A stretch of DNA of 63,998 bases, the filler included, from Sandaracinaceae bacterium (GTDB taxonomy: Bacteria > Myxococcota_A > Polyangia > Polyangiales > JADJQN01): assembly GCA_947483975.1 (NCBI GenBank). It is 12 parts of 12 records of this genome, joined end to end, with 100 filler letters (N's around TTAATTAATTAA, not from the genome) between each part and the next. Parts side by side here need not be neighbours in the genome. Positions count along the whole stretch, not along the records: positions 5,473 to 10,819 come from CANKOL010000359.1; positions 10,920 to 16,183 come from CANKOL010000361.1; positions 16,284 to 21,542 come from CANKOL010000362.1; 9 more parts are not named here. The stretch is one strand, 5' to 3'. The position numbers and the translations under genes were made by a program. Position 1 is the first letter of the stretch; each line of letters opens with the position of its first letter. Positions 9,576 through 19,946 of this stretch are shown here, in pieces. The notes below the pieces were generated by a model, which searched no databases, was not told where the DNA came from, and was given only the letters and a program-made list of their open reading frames with translations.

Positions 9576-10819
9576 ATGAGCGCCGAGGTCCCGAGCCGCA
9601 TCGGTCGCTATACGATCGACCGCCTGATCGGCTCGGGCGCGATGGGCAACGTCTTCCTCGGGCGTGACCCGGACCTCGAGCGCGCCGTCGCTGTAAAGAC
9701 CGTGCGTACACACGATCTGCCGCCCGAGGCGAAGCAGGTCTACCTCGACCGCTTCAAGAACGAAGCGCGCGCCTCAGCGCGCCTGCATCACCCGAGCATC
9801 GTCGCGGTGTACGACGTCGGCGACGACCCGGACGCTGGCCCCTTCCTCGTGCTCGAGTACGTCGCTGGCTCGAGCCTGAAGCAGATCCTGCAAGGTCGCG
9901 GCCCGCTCGAGGCGGCCGCGGTCGTCGCGCTCGCCGAGCAGATCGGGCGCGCGCTCGACATCGCGCACGCGGCGCGGATCATCCACCGCGACATCAAGCC
10001 AGACAATCTCCTGATCACGCCCGAGGGGCGCGCCAAGCTCGCGGACTTCGGCGTCGCGCGCGTGCCGGACGCGGCGCTCACGCGCGAAGGGCAGTTCCTC
10101 GGCACTCCTTGCTACGCCGCGCCCGAGACGCTCCGCTCCGGCGACTACGGCCCGCGCACCGATCTCTTCTCGTTCGCCGCCGTCCTCTACGAGACGATCA
10201 GCGGCACTCGCGCCTTCCCGGGCGACGAGGCCATCGCGGTCGCGCACAAGGTCCTGCACGACGAACCGCCGCCGCCGAGCGCGGTCGCGCGTGGCAGCGC
10301 CGCGATCCCGCCCGCCGTCGACAAGGTGATCATGCGCGGCCTCTCGAAGGACGCCGCGCGCCGCCCCGCGAGCGGCGGGGACTTCGCCCGCGAGGTGCGC
10401 GCCGCGTACGCGAGCGTCGGCGCGGTCGAGAGCGGCGACTCCTCTGCGACCGAGAGCAGCGTCGGCGCCGCACCGCCCTCACCTGCTGCGCACACGCGCG
10501 CGACCGCCGCAGTGTTCCTGACAGTGATCCTGATCGGCTTGCTCGGCAGCATCGGGGTCGTGTTGTGGCTCGGGCGCGACGATCCCAACGACGTCGCCCT
10601 CCCCGCGTTCAGCGATGCCGGCGTTGCCCTCGTCGCCGAGGCTGGCGCCGCTCCTGCCGCTGAGCTCGACGCCGGTCTCGACCTCGGCCCAGAGGACGCC
10701 GGCGCGCACGTCGATGCGGCGCTCGTCGTGGACGCCGGGGCCGACGCAGCCTCGGCCGCGCTCTTCGACGGCGGTGCCCTCGACGCGGGCGATACGCGCA
10801 CGACCGGACAGCGCGCCGA
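9576..10819 (+). CDS. membrane Ser/Thr protein kinase, 3'-partial
   Basis: GSGAMGNV, HRDIKPDN, DFG, GTPCYAAPE, TM helix, DAG-rich tail. Confidence 0.95.
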
Positions 10820-10920
10820 NNNNNNNNNNNNNNNNNNNNNNNNNNNNNNNNNNNNNNNNNNNNTTAATTAATTAANNNNNNNNNNNNNNNNNNNNNNNNN
10901 NNNNNNNNNNNNNNNNNNNC

Positions 10921-11133
10921 GCCCGCTTCCGCGCCCGCCGCGCCGCGCTCGCCCTGCACGTCGCGCTCCGCGAGCACGCCGACGACGACTGGTTCAGGAA
11001 CCCGCGCGTCAGCGAGCCCTTGCGCGCGATGACCTCGCGCGGCGGCGCGCTGACGGTGGAGGCGGCGCTGACCGAGCTTGGCGGCAGCGTCGAGCACGCG
11101 AAGGCGCGGATGGGCGAGCTGATCGGCGGGTAG
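10921..11133 (+). CDS. 3' end of uncharacterised protein (..EHADDDWFRNPR..)
   Basis: Open frame with GC3-biased codons, ending TAG at 11131-11133. Confidence 0.6.
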   Translation, partial: ARFRARRAALALHVALREHADDDWFRNPRVSEPLRAMTSRGGALTVEAALTELGGSVEHAKARMGELIGG

Positions 11134-11184
11134 GGCAGTCGCTGGAGTCAGTGGGAGGCTGAGTGACCACCTGCGTGACCGCTC

Positions 11185-11308
11185 GGGGTAGGGGACGTGC
11201 TCGACACCTGCGGCGCATCCACTCGCGAGGTTCTGCGCGGCGGCGGTCAAACGGGATGAGGGGGTGTCGCTCGTCGAGCGCGCAGGTGCTGCGCTCGTCC
11301 CCCACCCC
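11185..11308. repeat. REPIN-like pair of inverted ~28-bp repeats
   Basis: GGGGTAGGGGACGTGCTCGACACCTGCG vs reverse-strand GGGGTGGGGGACGAGCGCAGCACCTGCG (23/28); GTRG near both outer ends. Confidence 0.5.
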
Positions 11309-11394
11309 TCACTGCCAGAGGCGATGGCGGGCTTCGCTGGGCGGGTCGGCGGCGGGTGCTGGGCTAGCCGAGCGTGACGGCGAGGGCGCGGAAC

Positions 11395-11632
11395 TCGTCT
11401 GGGCCAAGCTGAGCTTGGGCGGCGGGATTTCGGAATCGTCTGGGCCAAGCTGAGCTTTGGGTGGAGGGATTTCGGAATCATCCGGTCCAAGCTGAGCTTG
11501 GGCGGCGGGATTTCAGAATCGTCTGGGCCAAGCTGAGCTTGGGCGGCGGGATTTCAGAATCGTCTGGGGCAAACTGAGCTTGGGCGGCGGGATTTCAAAA
11601 TCGTCTGGGGCAAGCTGAGCTTGGGCGGCGGG
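11395..11632. repeat. 41-bp tandem repeat x5.8 with internal palindrome
   Basis: Units start at 11395, 11436, 11478, 11519, 11560, 11601; consensus TCGTCTGGGCCAAGCTGAGCTTGGGCGGCGGGATTTCRGAA. Confidence 0.97.
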
Positions 11633-11639
11633 CGAGTAC

Positions 11640-11907
11640 ATGCGCTCGTCCCCCGACCAGCAGGCTCGTCCGCATAGGCAAGCGCACCGACGCGGGTCGC
11701 GAGTTCGACTGCATCTACACCTTCGACGGACGCTGGGGGACCGCCGAGGCGCCCAGCCTCCGCGGCGCGTACACGCAGGGGCGAACGCGAGCGAGCGCGC
11801 GCAAGAACCTCCTCGGGGCGATCCGTGATCTGCTCGCGTCCTACGAGGCGCTCGGGGAGCCTCCGCCGTTCGCCGAGGTCGCCGTCGAGCGCACGCGCGT
11901 CGCATGA
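11640..11907 (+). pseudogene. hicB: HicB-family antitoxin, +1 frameshift near 5' end
   Basis: Frame not in ORF track reads FDCIYTFDGRWGTAEAPSLRGAYTQGRTRASARKNLLGAIRDLL; ATG 11640 is one base out of frame across a C5 run. Confidence 0.75.
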
Positions 11908-11998
11908 AGTCGGATACACGCCGCCCGCACTCCGCTACGCAGCCGCGTGGCGAGCGTTCGCTCATTCGCCGGTACCGTTCCCCGGCTCGCAGCCTTCG

Positions 11999-13567
<1,569 letters not shown>

Positions 13568-13795
13568 TGCCCAGAGGATACTCGACCTCAGTGAATTGCT
13601 GGCTGGGTCGTTCGGCCAACATCCCGCGTCGCGCCGCGAGGGGACGGGCCCCGTCCGCCGAGCACGTCACCCAGGCGTCGCCGTCGTGCCGCGCCTCCCG
13701 CAGCGCGTACCGGGTCGCGCTGCGTCGAGCGCGCGCCCCAGACCCTCCGCGCATCTCAAGCCGTGATGACGGCGACCTGACCCAGGTTGAGCTGC

Positions 13796-13990
13796 AAGCG
13801 AGCGCTCTGCTCAGCGTCGTCACCGGTCGCCGAGCATCGTTTCCGTCTCGTCAACGCCCGCGAGGGCGGGTCGCACAGCGTCTTCCGAAATCCGCGCACC
13901 GGTCAGCTGATAGCGGTGCCGCGCCCCGCCGAGACCAACGAGCGACTTGCGGAGACGGTCCGTCGGGACGCGGCGGTTGAGTTGCGTTGA
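13796..13990 (+). pseudogene. hicA: HicA-family toxin lacking its original start
   Basis: REGGSHSVFRNPRTGQLIAVPR (GSH catalytic motif); ~65 aa; VPRH changed to VPRP. Confidence 0.78.
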
Positions 13991-14157
13991 CGCTGCGCGC
14001 TAATTCGTACGCCTTTCGCGGTGCTCGCGGCCCCGGGCGACATGCGCATCGGCGCGCCGACCGGCCGAGCGCGGCCCGTCTCGTCGAGGCGCTCGTCGTA
14101 TACACGCAGGGCAATCGCAAAGTCGGCCGCAGGGCTTTCGGGCGGCGAGTCGGCGAG

Positions 14158-14390
14158 GCGCAGGACCGAGGCGCGGTGTACGTCTTTTTGCGCACCGGGA
14201 CGACGTGGGCTCAAGAGGCGTACGTCAAGGCGTCGAACGCGGCGATGAACGATCTTTTTCGGCACTTCAGGGTCGCTCTCGTCGGACGGGACGCGGCTCG
14301 GCGTGGGCGCATGGGGAGAGACCTCGAACGCGGCGGGCATCGGCGGCGACCAGGCCGACAACAGCGCCGACGGCACCGCGCCGTATATTG
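14158..14390 (+). pseudogene. FG-GAP/integrin-alpha-like repeat fragment
   Basis: GAVYVFLRTGTTWAQEAYVKASN..DLF, then frameshifted GAWGETSNAAGIGGDQADNSA. Confidence 0.75.
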
Positions 14391-14711
14391 ACCTCGCGCG
14401 AAGTCAGCCATCGCCTCCGATTGTGACGGCCGGGCGACGAGCGCAGCTGCGACAGTGCGGTCGGCGAGCGACACCCGCACGTGGCGCGCGATCGTCGGTG
14501 CGCGGAGCTTCGCGAGCGCTCCGCCACGGCCGTCGCGCGCGTCACCCGGCCGGCGCGGTCACGCAGGGCGTCTCGCGCGGCATACGCGGTCACGCAGGGC
14601 GGTTCGCTCGTGAGACGCGGCGCGTCGAGAATGCACTCCCGCGCACCGATCCAAGAAACCGAGACCTGCAAGCCCGGCGACGGCGTAGGATTCACAGCAA
14701 GAGGACCACCG

Positions 14712-14945
14712 ATGAAGGCGATCAAATACCAGGTGAAGATCGGCCGGGACCACAGGGTCGTGGTGGAGCTGCCCGCGGAAACCCCGGAAGGCATGGCCGA
14801 GGTCATCGTGCTCGTACCGGAGCGGTCAGAACCACGGCCCGGCCTGGCTGCGCTGCTCGCTGACTTCAGGACGCGCACGGGAGGCCGCACGAGAGAAGAG
14901 CTCGACTTGGAGCTCGCCGCCGAGCGGGCGAGCTGGAGCGACTGA
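14712..14945 (+). CDS. putative antitoxin of PIN toxin (77 aa)
   Basis: GAGGA RBS; TGATG coupling to PIN gene; beta-rich N-terminus, acidic tail ending ERASWSD. Confidence 0.75.
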   Translation: MKAIKYQVKIGRDHRVVVELPAETPEGMAEVIVLVPERSEPRPGLAALLADFRTRTGGRTREELDLELAAERASWSD

Positions 14946-15351
14946 TGGCGAGGGTCTACCTCGACAGCTGCGTCGTGATCTATCTGCGCGAAGGGACGCC
15001 AGAACAGAAGGCCCGGATCCACGAGGCCATGGCCAAGGCGAGCGCGGCCGGCAGCACGTTCAACGTGTCCGAGCTCGTGCGATTCGAATGCCGGGTGGGT
15101 CCGCTGAGGCGCGCCGACCTGCCGTTATTGGCTGACTACGACGCGTTCTTTGCGCTCCCGAGCTGATGGTCGTGCCCCTCGAGCGTGCCGCGTTCGACCG
15201 CGCAGCCTCGCTGCGAGCCACGATGGCTCTGAAGACCCCCGATGCGCTCCACGTCGGCGCCGCGCTGACGTCCGGATGTGACGAACTCTGGACGAATGAC
15301 CGGCGCTTCTCCGTGCTCGAGCCGACCCTTCGCGTTGTGGTCGTCTCGTAG
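14945..15351 (+). pseudogene. vapC: VapC/PIN toxin split by single-base frameshift at ~15157
   Basis: VYLDSCVVIY..VSELVRFEC in ORF1; LKTPDALH..LWTNDRR in ORF2; adding one C restores LPELMVV. Confidence 0.85.
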
Positions 15352-15439
15352 GTTATCCCCACGTCCACTTCAGACCGCAGACAATGCGCTTCCGGCGGAT
15401 GCTGAGCTCCTTCTTGTGCCGACACGTACGCTCGTCGCT

Positions 15440-15743
15440 CTGCGAGCGCGCAATGCGCGCGATGCGCGCGATGCCGGCGAGGCCTTTCCACGCCGCGGCG
15501 TCGTCGATCCACGAGAGGTAGTGGGACACCGTCATGGTCCGCTCCTCGATGCGTCCGTGTCCGGCGTCCGTCTCGTGGTGCGTCGTGAGCTTCGGCGGAG
15601 GGTCGTTGAGAGGACGTGATTCGCGTCTGGCGTCCGCGAGGTAAGTGCCGATCTGCGCGTTCAGCGTCGGGGTGGTTGTCCTTGACTTGAAGTACGTATT
15701 TGCCGCGGCGGTCGATGATCTTCGCGGCAATCGCACGCTGGCA
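15440..15743 (-). mobile_element. ISAs1-family transposase internal fragment, frameshifted
   Basis: CQRAIAAKIIDRRGKYVLQVKDNHP/TL...DAGHGRIEER...WKGL. Confidence 0.85.
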
Positions 15744-15745
15744 TC

Positions 15746-16183
15746 GTAGAAGACGCACGCGTCGACGCCGTGGGTGGGTTCGTAGCTCTCGTAGCGGAAG
15801 GTGAAGCTCGTCGCGCACTCGATCCCATCGACGAGGTGGTGCCGGTACACGCTGGCCTCGGCCGCGCCGTCGCCGCTCTTCCACACGCCGAACGCGCCGG
15901 TCGTCGCTCGCGCGAAGGGACCGCGCCAGAAGTAATACGCGCCGCCGAAGAAGTCCTCGGCGCCTGTGCCGAGCAGCCAGTCGTCATCGCAGCGGAGCTC
16001 GTGGTCGCCCTCGAGCACGTTCCACTCGTACATCTCCGTGCGGATCGACCAAGTCGATGGCCGGATCGCCGGTACCAGCGCCTGCTCTGCCGGTGGCCCA
16101 GAAGCGCGTGAGCACGCCGACGCCCGCCACGTCGAGCAGCACCTCGGCGTCTCCATCGCGGGCGGCGAAGTGGCTCCAGTCGC
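15746..16183 (-). pseudogene. second, internally deleted copy of the DUF2961 gene
   Basis: 15746-16047 matches 12020-12321 (4 mismatches); 16051-16183 identical to 13188-13320. Confidence 0.95.
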
Positions 16184-16284
16184 NNNNNNNNNNNNNNNNN
16201 NNNNNNNNNNNNNNNNNNNNNNNNNNNTTAATTAATTAANNNNNNNNNNNNNNNNNNNNNNNNNNNNNNNNNNNNNNNNNNNNC

Positions 16285-16452
16285 GTATCGGCGACCGACG
16301 CGACGCTGCTCGCGCTGCTCGGCTACCTCACCGGGCAGCTTCCGGCGCTGCTCGGCGGGCTGCTGACGCTGACGCCCGCGCCCGACGCGCGACGCCGCGG
16401 CGCCCCGCGCGCGCCCGCCGGGAACTTGCCCACGGCTTGCCCGACGGGGTAG
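16285..16452 (+). CDS. 3' end of membrane protein, probably another UPF0104 flippase-like protein
   Basis: VSATDATLLALLGYLTGQLPALLGGLL resembles last helix of downstream flippase domain (IGAGEAVLVPLLYFAIDMAFSAAGGVF). Confidence 0.55.
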   Translation, partial: VSATDATLLALLGYLTGQLPALLGGLLTLTPAPDARRRGAPRAPAGNLPTACPTG

Positions 16453-16478
16453 CCGCGCCTATGCCGTCCGACCGCCGT

Positions 16479-19400
16479 ATGGACCCGAAGCGCAAGCAGC
16501 TCCTCCTCACGCTCCTCAAGGTCGTCGTCGCCGTCGGGATCTTCGCGTACCTCGGGCGCGAGCTCACCCACAAAGAGAACATCGGCGCGCTCCGCGAGCG
16601 CCTCGCGAACCTCTCCTGGGGCTGGGTCGCCGTCGCCGCCGTGATCCAAGCGCTCGCGATCGGCTGCAGCATCGCGCGCTGGCAGCTGCTCCTCCGCGGG
16701 CAGGGCGTCCGGGCGCCGCTCTCGCACCTGTTCTCCGCGTTCATGTCGGGGCGCTTCCTCAGCGCGATCTCGCCGGGCGGCTGGACGGGCCTCGACGCCT
16801 ACCGGATCTTCGACATCGCGTCGCGCACGAAGAAGAGCGCGCGCGCCGTCGCCACCGTCGGCATCGACAAGCTGCTCGGACAGGCGGCCCTCGGCAGCGT
16901 GATCGTCGTCGCCGCGAGCGCGTTCGGCGTGCCGTACCTCGGCGTCGCGAAGGTCGCGATGCTCGCCGCGGCGTTCCTCGGGCTGATCGTCACGATCTTC
17001 GCGCTGCTGCTCCGCCCGACGCTCTTCCGCACGCTCTCCGCGCGCCTCCCGGCGAAGGTCCGCACGCGCCTGCAGACGATGGTGGACGCGGTCAGCGCCT
17101 ATCAGGGCAAGGGGCGGCTGCTCCTCGGCGCGTTCGGGCTCTCCTGGGGCACGCACCTCTTCACGAACCTGATCACCGTCGCGGCGGCGTTCGCGCTCGG
17201 CCTCCGTGTCTCGCCGGGCGAGGTGTTCTTCGTCTCGACGATGATGGTGATCGCGACGCTGCTGCCGATCTCGCCGAACGGCATGGGCCTGCGCGAGGCG
17301 GCCGCCGTCTACCTGTTTGGGCAGGTCGGCATCGGCGCGGGCGAGGCGGTGCTCGTGCCGCTCCTCTACTTCGCGATCGACATGGCCTTCAGCGCGGCGG
17401 GCGGCGTGTTCTTGCTGCTGCCGAAGCGCGAGCCGGCGATCGTGGTGGAGGACGCAGAGCGGGAAGATCGGGCGAACGCGGAGATCCCGCTCGCGGCCCC
17501 GACGACCTGGCCGACGCTCACGCGCGGGCTCTCGCTCGGGCTCGGCGCGGGGCTCTTCGCGGGGCTGCTCGTGGGGCTCGCGGAGGCGGGCGTGATCATC
17601 GCGTCCTCGGGCGGGCGCGCGGAGCACACCGTGCTCGCGTACGGCGCCGTCGTGTACGCCGTGCTGCTCGGCCTGGGCGGCGCGTGCGGTGGGCTCGCGC
17701 TCGCGTGGAGCGGGCGCGTGATGCAGCGCGAGGCGTTCGAGGAGAACCGCGCGTTTGGGCTCTGGGTCGGGCTGCTCGTCGCGGCGCCGACGCTCGCGCT
17801 CGGCGCGTTCCGCGTGCGGCGCGACGTGTTCCAAGAATTGCTCGTGTGGGCGAGCCCGAAGGGCGCGCTCGTCTTGCTCGGCTGCGCCGTCGCCGCGTTC
17901 TTGCTCTTCGCGCTCGTCGGGCTGCTCTTCGCGCGCGTCACCTACTCGCGCTTCGGCGCGTGGCTGCTGCGCCCGTGGGGCGCGCCCGTCGTCGTCGCCG
18001 TGCTGATCGCCGCGGTGCTCGGCTACGTCATCGTGCAGAAGCCGGCGCCCGTCGCCGAGGCGCGACTCAACCGCCCCGCGGCGCCCGCGCAGGCGGGTCC
18101 GATCATCTTCATCGTCGTCGACACGCTGCGCGCGAGCCGCCTGCCGACGTACGGCTACGCGGACGGGCGCACGCCGCACCTCGACGCCTTCGCGCACGAC
18201 GCGCTCCGCTTCGAGAACGCCTTCTCGAACGCCTCGTGGACGCGCCCGAGCTTCGCGACGCTGCTGACCGGCAGCTACCCCTCGCGGCACTCGACGATGG
18301 GCAAGAGCGACTCGCTGCCCGAGGCGCTCGTCACGATGCCCGAGGCGCTCAAGGCGCACGGCTACGCGACGAGCGGCATCGTGACGAACTACAACGTCGC
18401 GCCGTTCTTCCACTTCGATCAGGGCTTCGATCGCTACACCTACCTCGAGCCGAACTTCGTCCTCGGCGCCGACGACACCGCCGCCAAGCTGCTGCTGATC
18501 CAGTTCGCGCGGCAGACGTACGAGAAGCTCGAGGAGAAGCTGCTCGGCGGCACGCCGCCCGGGCGCGCCTACCAAGACGGCGCGACGGTGAACCGCGCCG
18601 CCTTCGCGGAGCTAGACCGCCTCGCGCGCCCAGAGAACGCGGGCGCGCCGCCGTTCCTCTTCGTCGCGTACATGGACCCGCACGACCCGTACTACCCGCA
18701 CCCGTACGGCAGCGCGGCGGGGTATTCGCGCGCCGCGCACCAGAACCCGACGCTCGACGAGGTGCCGCACCTGAGCGCGCTCTACGACGGCGAGATCACC
18801 TATTGGGACCAGCAATTCGGCGCGCTCGTCGCGGAGCTGAAGCGCCGGCACGTCTACGAGAACGCCACGATCATCATCACCGGCGACCACGGCGAGGAGC
18901 TCGGCGAGCACGGCGGCTTCTGGCACGGCACGACGCTCTACGACGAGCAGGTGCGCGTGCCGCTCTTCGTGAAGCTGCCGTTCAACCAGCGCGGCGGGCA
19001 GGTGCGCACCGAGTGGGTGCAGCACGTCGACCTGATGCCGACGGTGCTCAAGCTCGCGGGCGTCGAGGTGCCGCCGGGCGTGCAGGGGCACGACGTCTTC
19101 GACCGCACCGTGCGGCGCGACGAGGCCTTCGCGGAGGAGAGCCAAGAGGGCACGATCCTGCAGAGCCTGCGGCTGCAGCGCGGCGGCAGTGAGCTGAAGC
19201 TCATCACGGCGAACGAGGGCAACCCGCGCGGGCTCGAGACGACGGAGCTCTACCGGCTCGACGTCGACCGGCACGAGCGCGTGAACCTCGCGACGGAGCT
19301 GACGTGGGAGACCTCGCACGTGCGCGCTCAGCTCACGAGCTTCGGAACGCGCGCACAGCAGGGGCGCGTCAGCGGGCAGCAGGTCGCGATGACCGAGAAC

Positions 19401-19511
19401 GAGTGCCGTCGCCTCGCGGCGCTCGGCTACGTGCAGGCGAGCGACTGTGACCACCTGAGCGGCGGCGCGCTGCCTCCCGAGCCAGCGCCCGCCCCGACGC
19501 CGCGCCCGTAG
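16479..19511 (+). CDS. UPF0104/LPG-synthase-TM flippase-like domain fused to sulfatase-like (alkaline phosphatase superfamily) domain
   Basis: RWQLLL, PGGWTGLDAYR, LLPISPNGMGLRE; then ~5 TMs; IVVDTLRA, SWTRPSFATLLTG, YMDPHDPY, GDHGE, LAALGY. Confidence 0.88.
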   Translation: MDPKRKQLLLTLLKVVVAVGIFAYLGRELTHKENIGALRERLANLSWGWVAVAAVIQALAIGCSIARWQLLLRGQGVRAPLSHLFSAFMSGRFLSAISPGGWTGLDAYRIFDIASRTKKSARAVATVGIDKLLGQAALGSVIVVAASAFGVPYLGVAKVAMLAAAFLGLIVTIFALLLRPTLFRTLSARLPAKVRTRLQTMVDAVSAYQGKGRLLLGAFGLSWGTHLFTNLITVAAAFALGLRVSPGEVFFVSTMMVIATLLPISPNGMGLREAAAVYLFGQVGIGAGEAVLVPLLYFAIDMAFSAAGGVFLLLPKREPAIVVEDAEREDRANAEIPLAAPTTWPTLTRGLSLGLGAGLFAGLLVGLAEAGVIIASSGGRAEHTVLAYGAVVYAVLLGLGGACGGLALAWSGRVMQREAFEENRAFGLWVGLLVAAPTLALGAFRVRRDVFQELLVWASPKGALVLLGCAVAAFLLFALVGLLFARVTYSRFGAWLLRPWGAPVVVAVLIAAVLGYVIVQKPAPVAEARLNRPAAPAQAGPIIFIVVDTLRASRLPTYGYADGRTPHLDAFAHDALRFENAFSNASWTRPSFATLLTGSYPSRHSTMGKSDSLPEALVTMPEALKAHGYATSGIVTNYNVAPFFHFDQGFDRYTYLEPNFVLGADDTAAKLLLIQFARQTYEKLEEKLLGGTPPGRAYQDGATVNRAAFAELDRLARPENAGAPPFLFVAYMDPHDPYYPHPYGSAAGYSRAAHQNPTLDEVPHLSALYDGEITYWDQQFGALVAELKRRHVYENATIIITGDHGEELGEHGGFWHGTTLYDEQVRVPLFVKLPFNQRGGQVRTEWVQHVDLMPTVLKLAGVEVPPGVQGHDVFDRTVRRDEAFAEESQEGTILQSLRLQRGGSELKLITANEGNPRGLETTELYRLDVDRHERVNLATELTWETSHVRAQLTSFGTRAQQGRVSGQQVAMTENECRRLAALGYVQASDCDHLSGGALPPEPAPAPTPRP

Positions 19512-19522
19512 CGAGCGCGCTC

Positions 19523-19657
19523 GGGCTCCGTGCTCAGAGCGACACGACCGGCGCGCGCACGGGCTCCGTGGTCAGAGCGACACGACCGGCGCGCGCACGG
19601 GCTCCGTGGTCAGAGCGACACGACCGGCGCGCGCTCGGCGATCAGAGCGACACGACC
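19523..19657. repeat. 38-bp tandem repeat x3 plus a fourth 16-bp core
   Basis: TCAGAGCGACACGACC at 19534, 19572, 19610, 19642. Confidence 0.95.
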
Positions 19658-19752
19658 CAGACGAGCGCGGCGCCGATGGCGCTGACGGCGAAGATGCTGA
19701 GCGCGAGGTTCCAGAGATCGGCGGGGTGAACATGGACTTGCGAGAGAGTCAT
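19642..19752 (-). CDS. small membrane peptide, 36 aa (MTLSQVHVHPADLWNLALSIFAVSAIGAALVWVVSL)
   Basis: GGAGG 5 nt before ATG; single hydrophobic helix; promoter-like sequence upstream. Confidence 0.7.
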   Translation of the reverse strand: MTLSQVHVHPADLWNLALSIFAVSAIGAALVWVVSL

Positions 19753-19769
19753 CGTGGCCTCCGGGTCTA

Positions 19770-19812
19770 TCTCTAACGATGACAGTACGGACTGTCAAGG
19801 TTGCGACTGTCA
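19770..19812 (-). promoter_or_regulatory. sigma70-like promoter overlapped by TGACAGT-N4-ACTGTCA operator and a third half-site
   Basis: TTGACA 19798-19793, 17-nt spacer, TAGAGA; half-sites at 19780-19786, 19791-19797, 19806-19812. Confidence 0.6.
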
Positions 19813-19946
19813 CGGATCTGCGAGATTCCCCCCGCGCGCCCCAGACGCAGAGACGCCCCGCCGACTCGAGGGTCAGCGGGGCGCGTTTTACGGATGGGTG
19901 TTCAGCGGAGCGTCAGCGGAGTGGGCTGTGGCGGCGCCGTCGGGAC

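Noticed and set aside
11395..11632. CRISPR array
   Set aside because: Units are contiguous and near-identical with no unique spacers; no cas genes visible
15353..16156. 267-aa ORF as a novel DUF2961-transposase fusion protein
   Set aside because: A patchwork of deleted-gene and ISAs1 fragments in mixed frames; best read as pseudogene debris
19523..19657. Mini-CRISPR
   Set aside because: 16-nt core is too short and the intervening sequences are copies of each other
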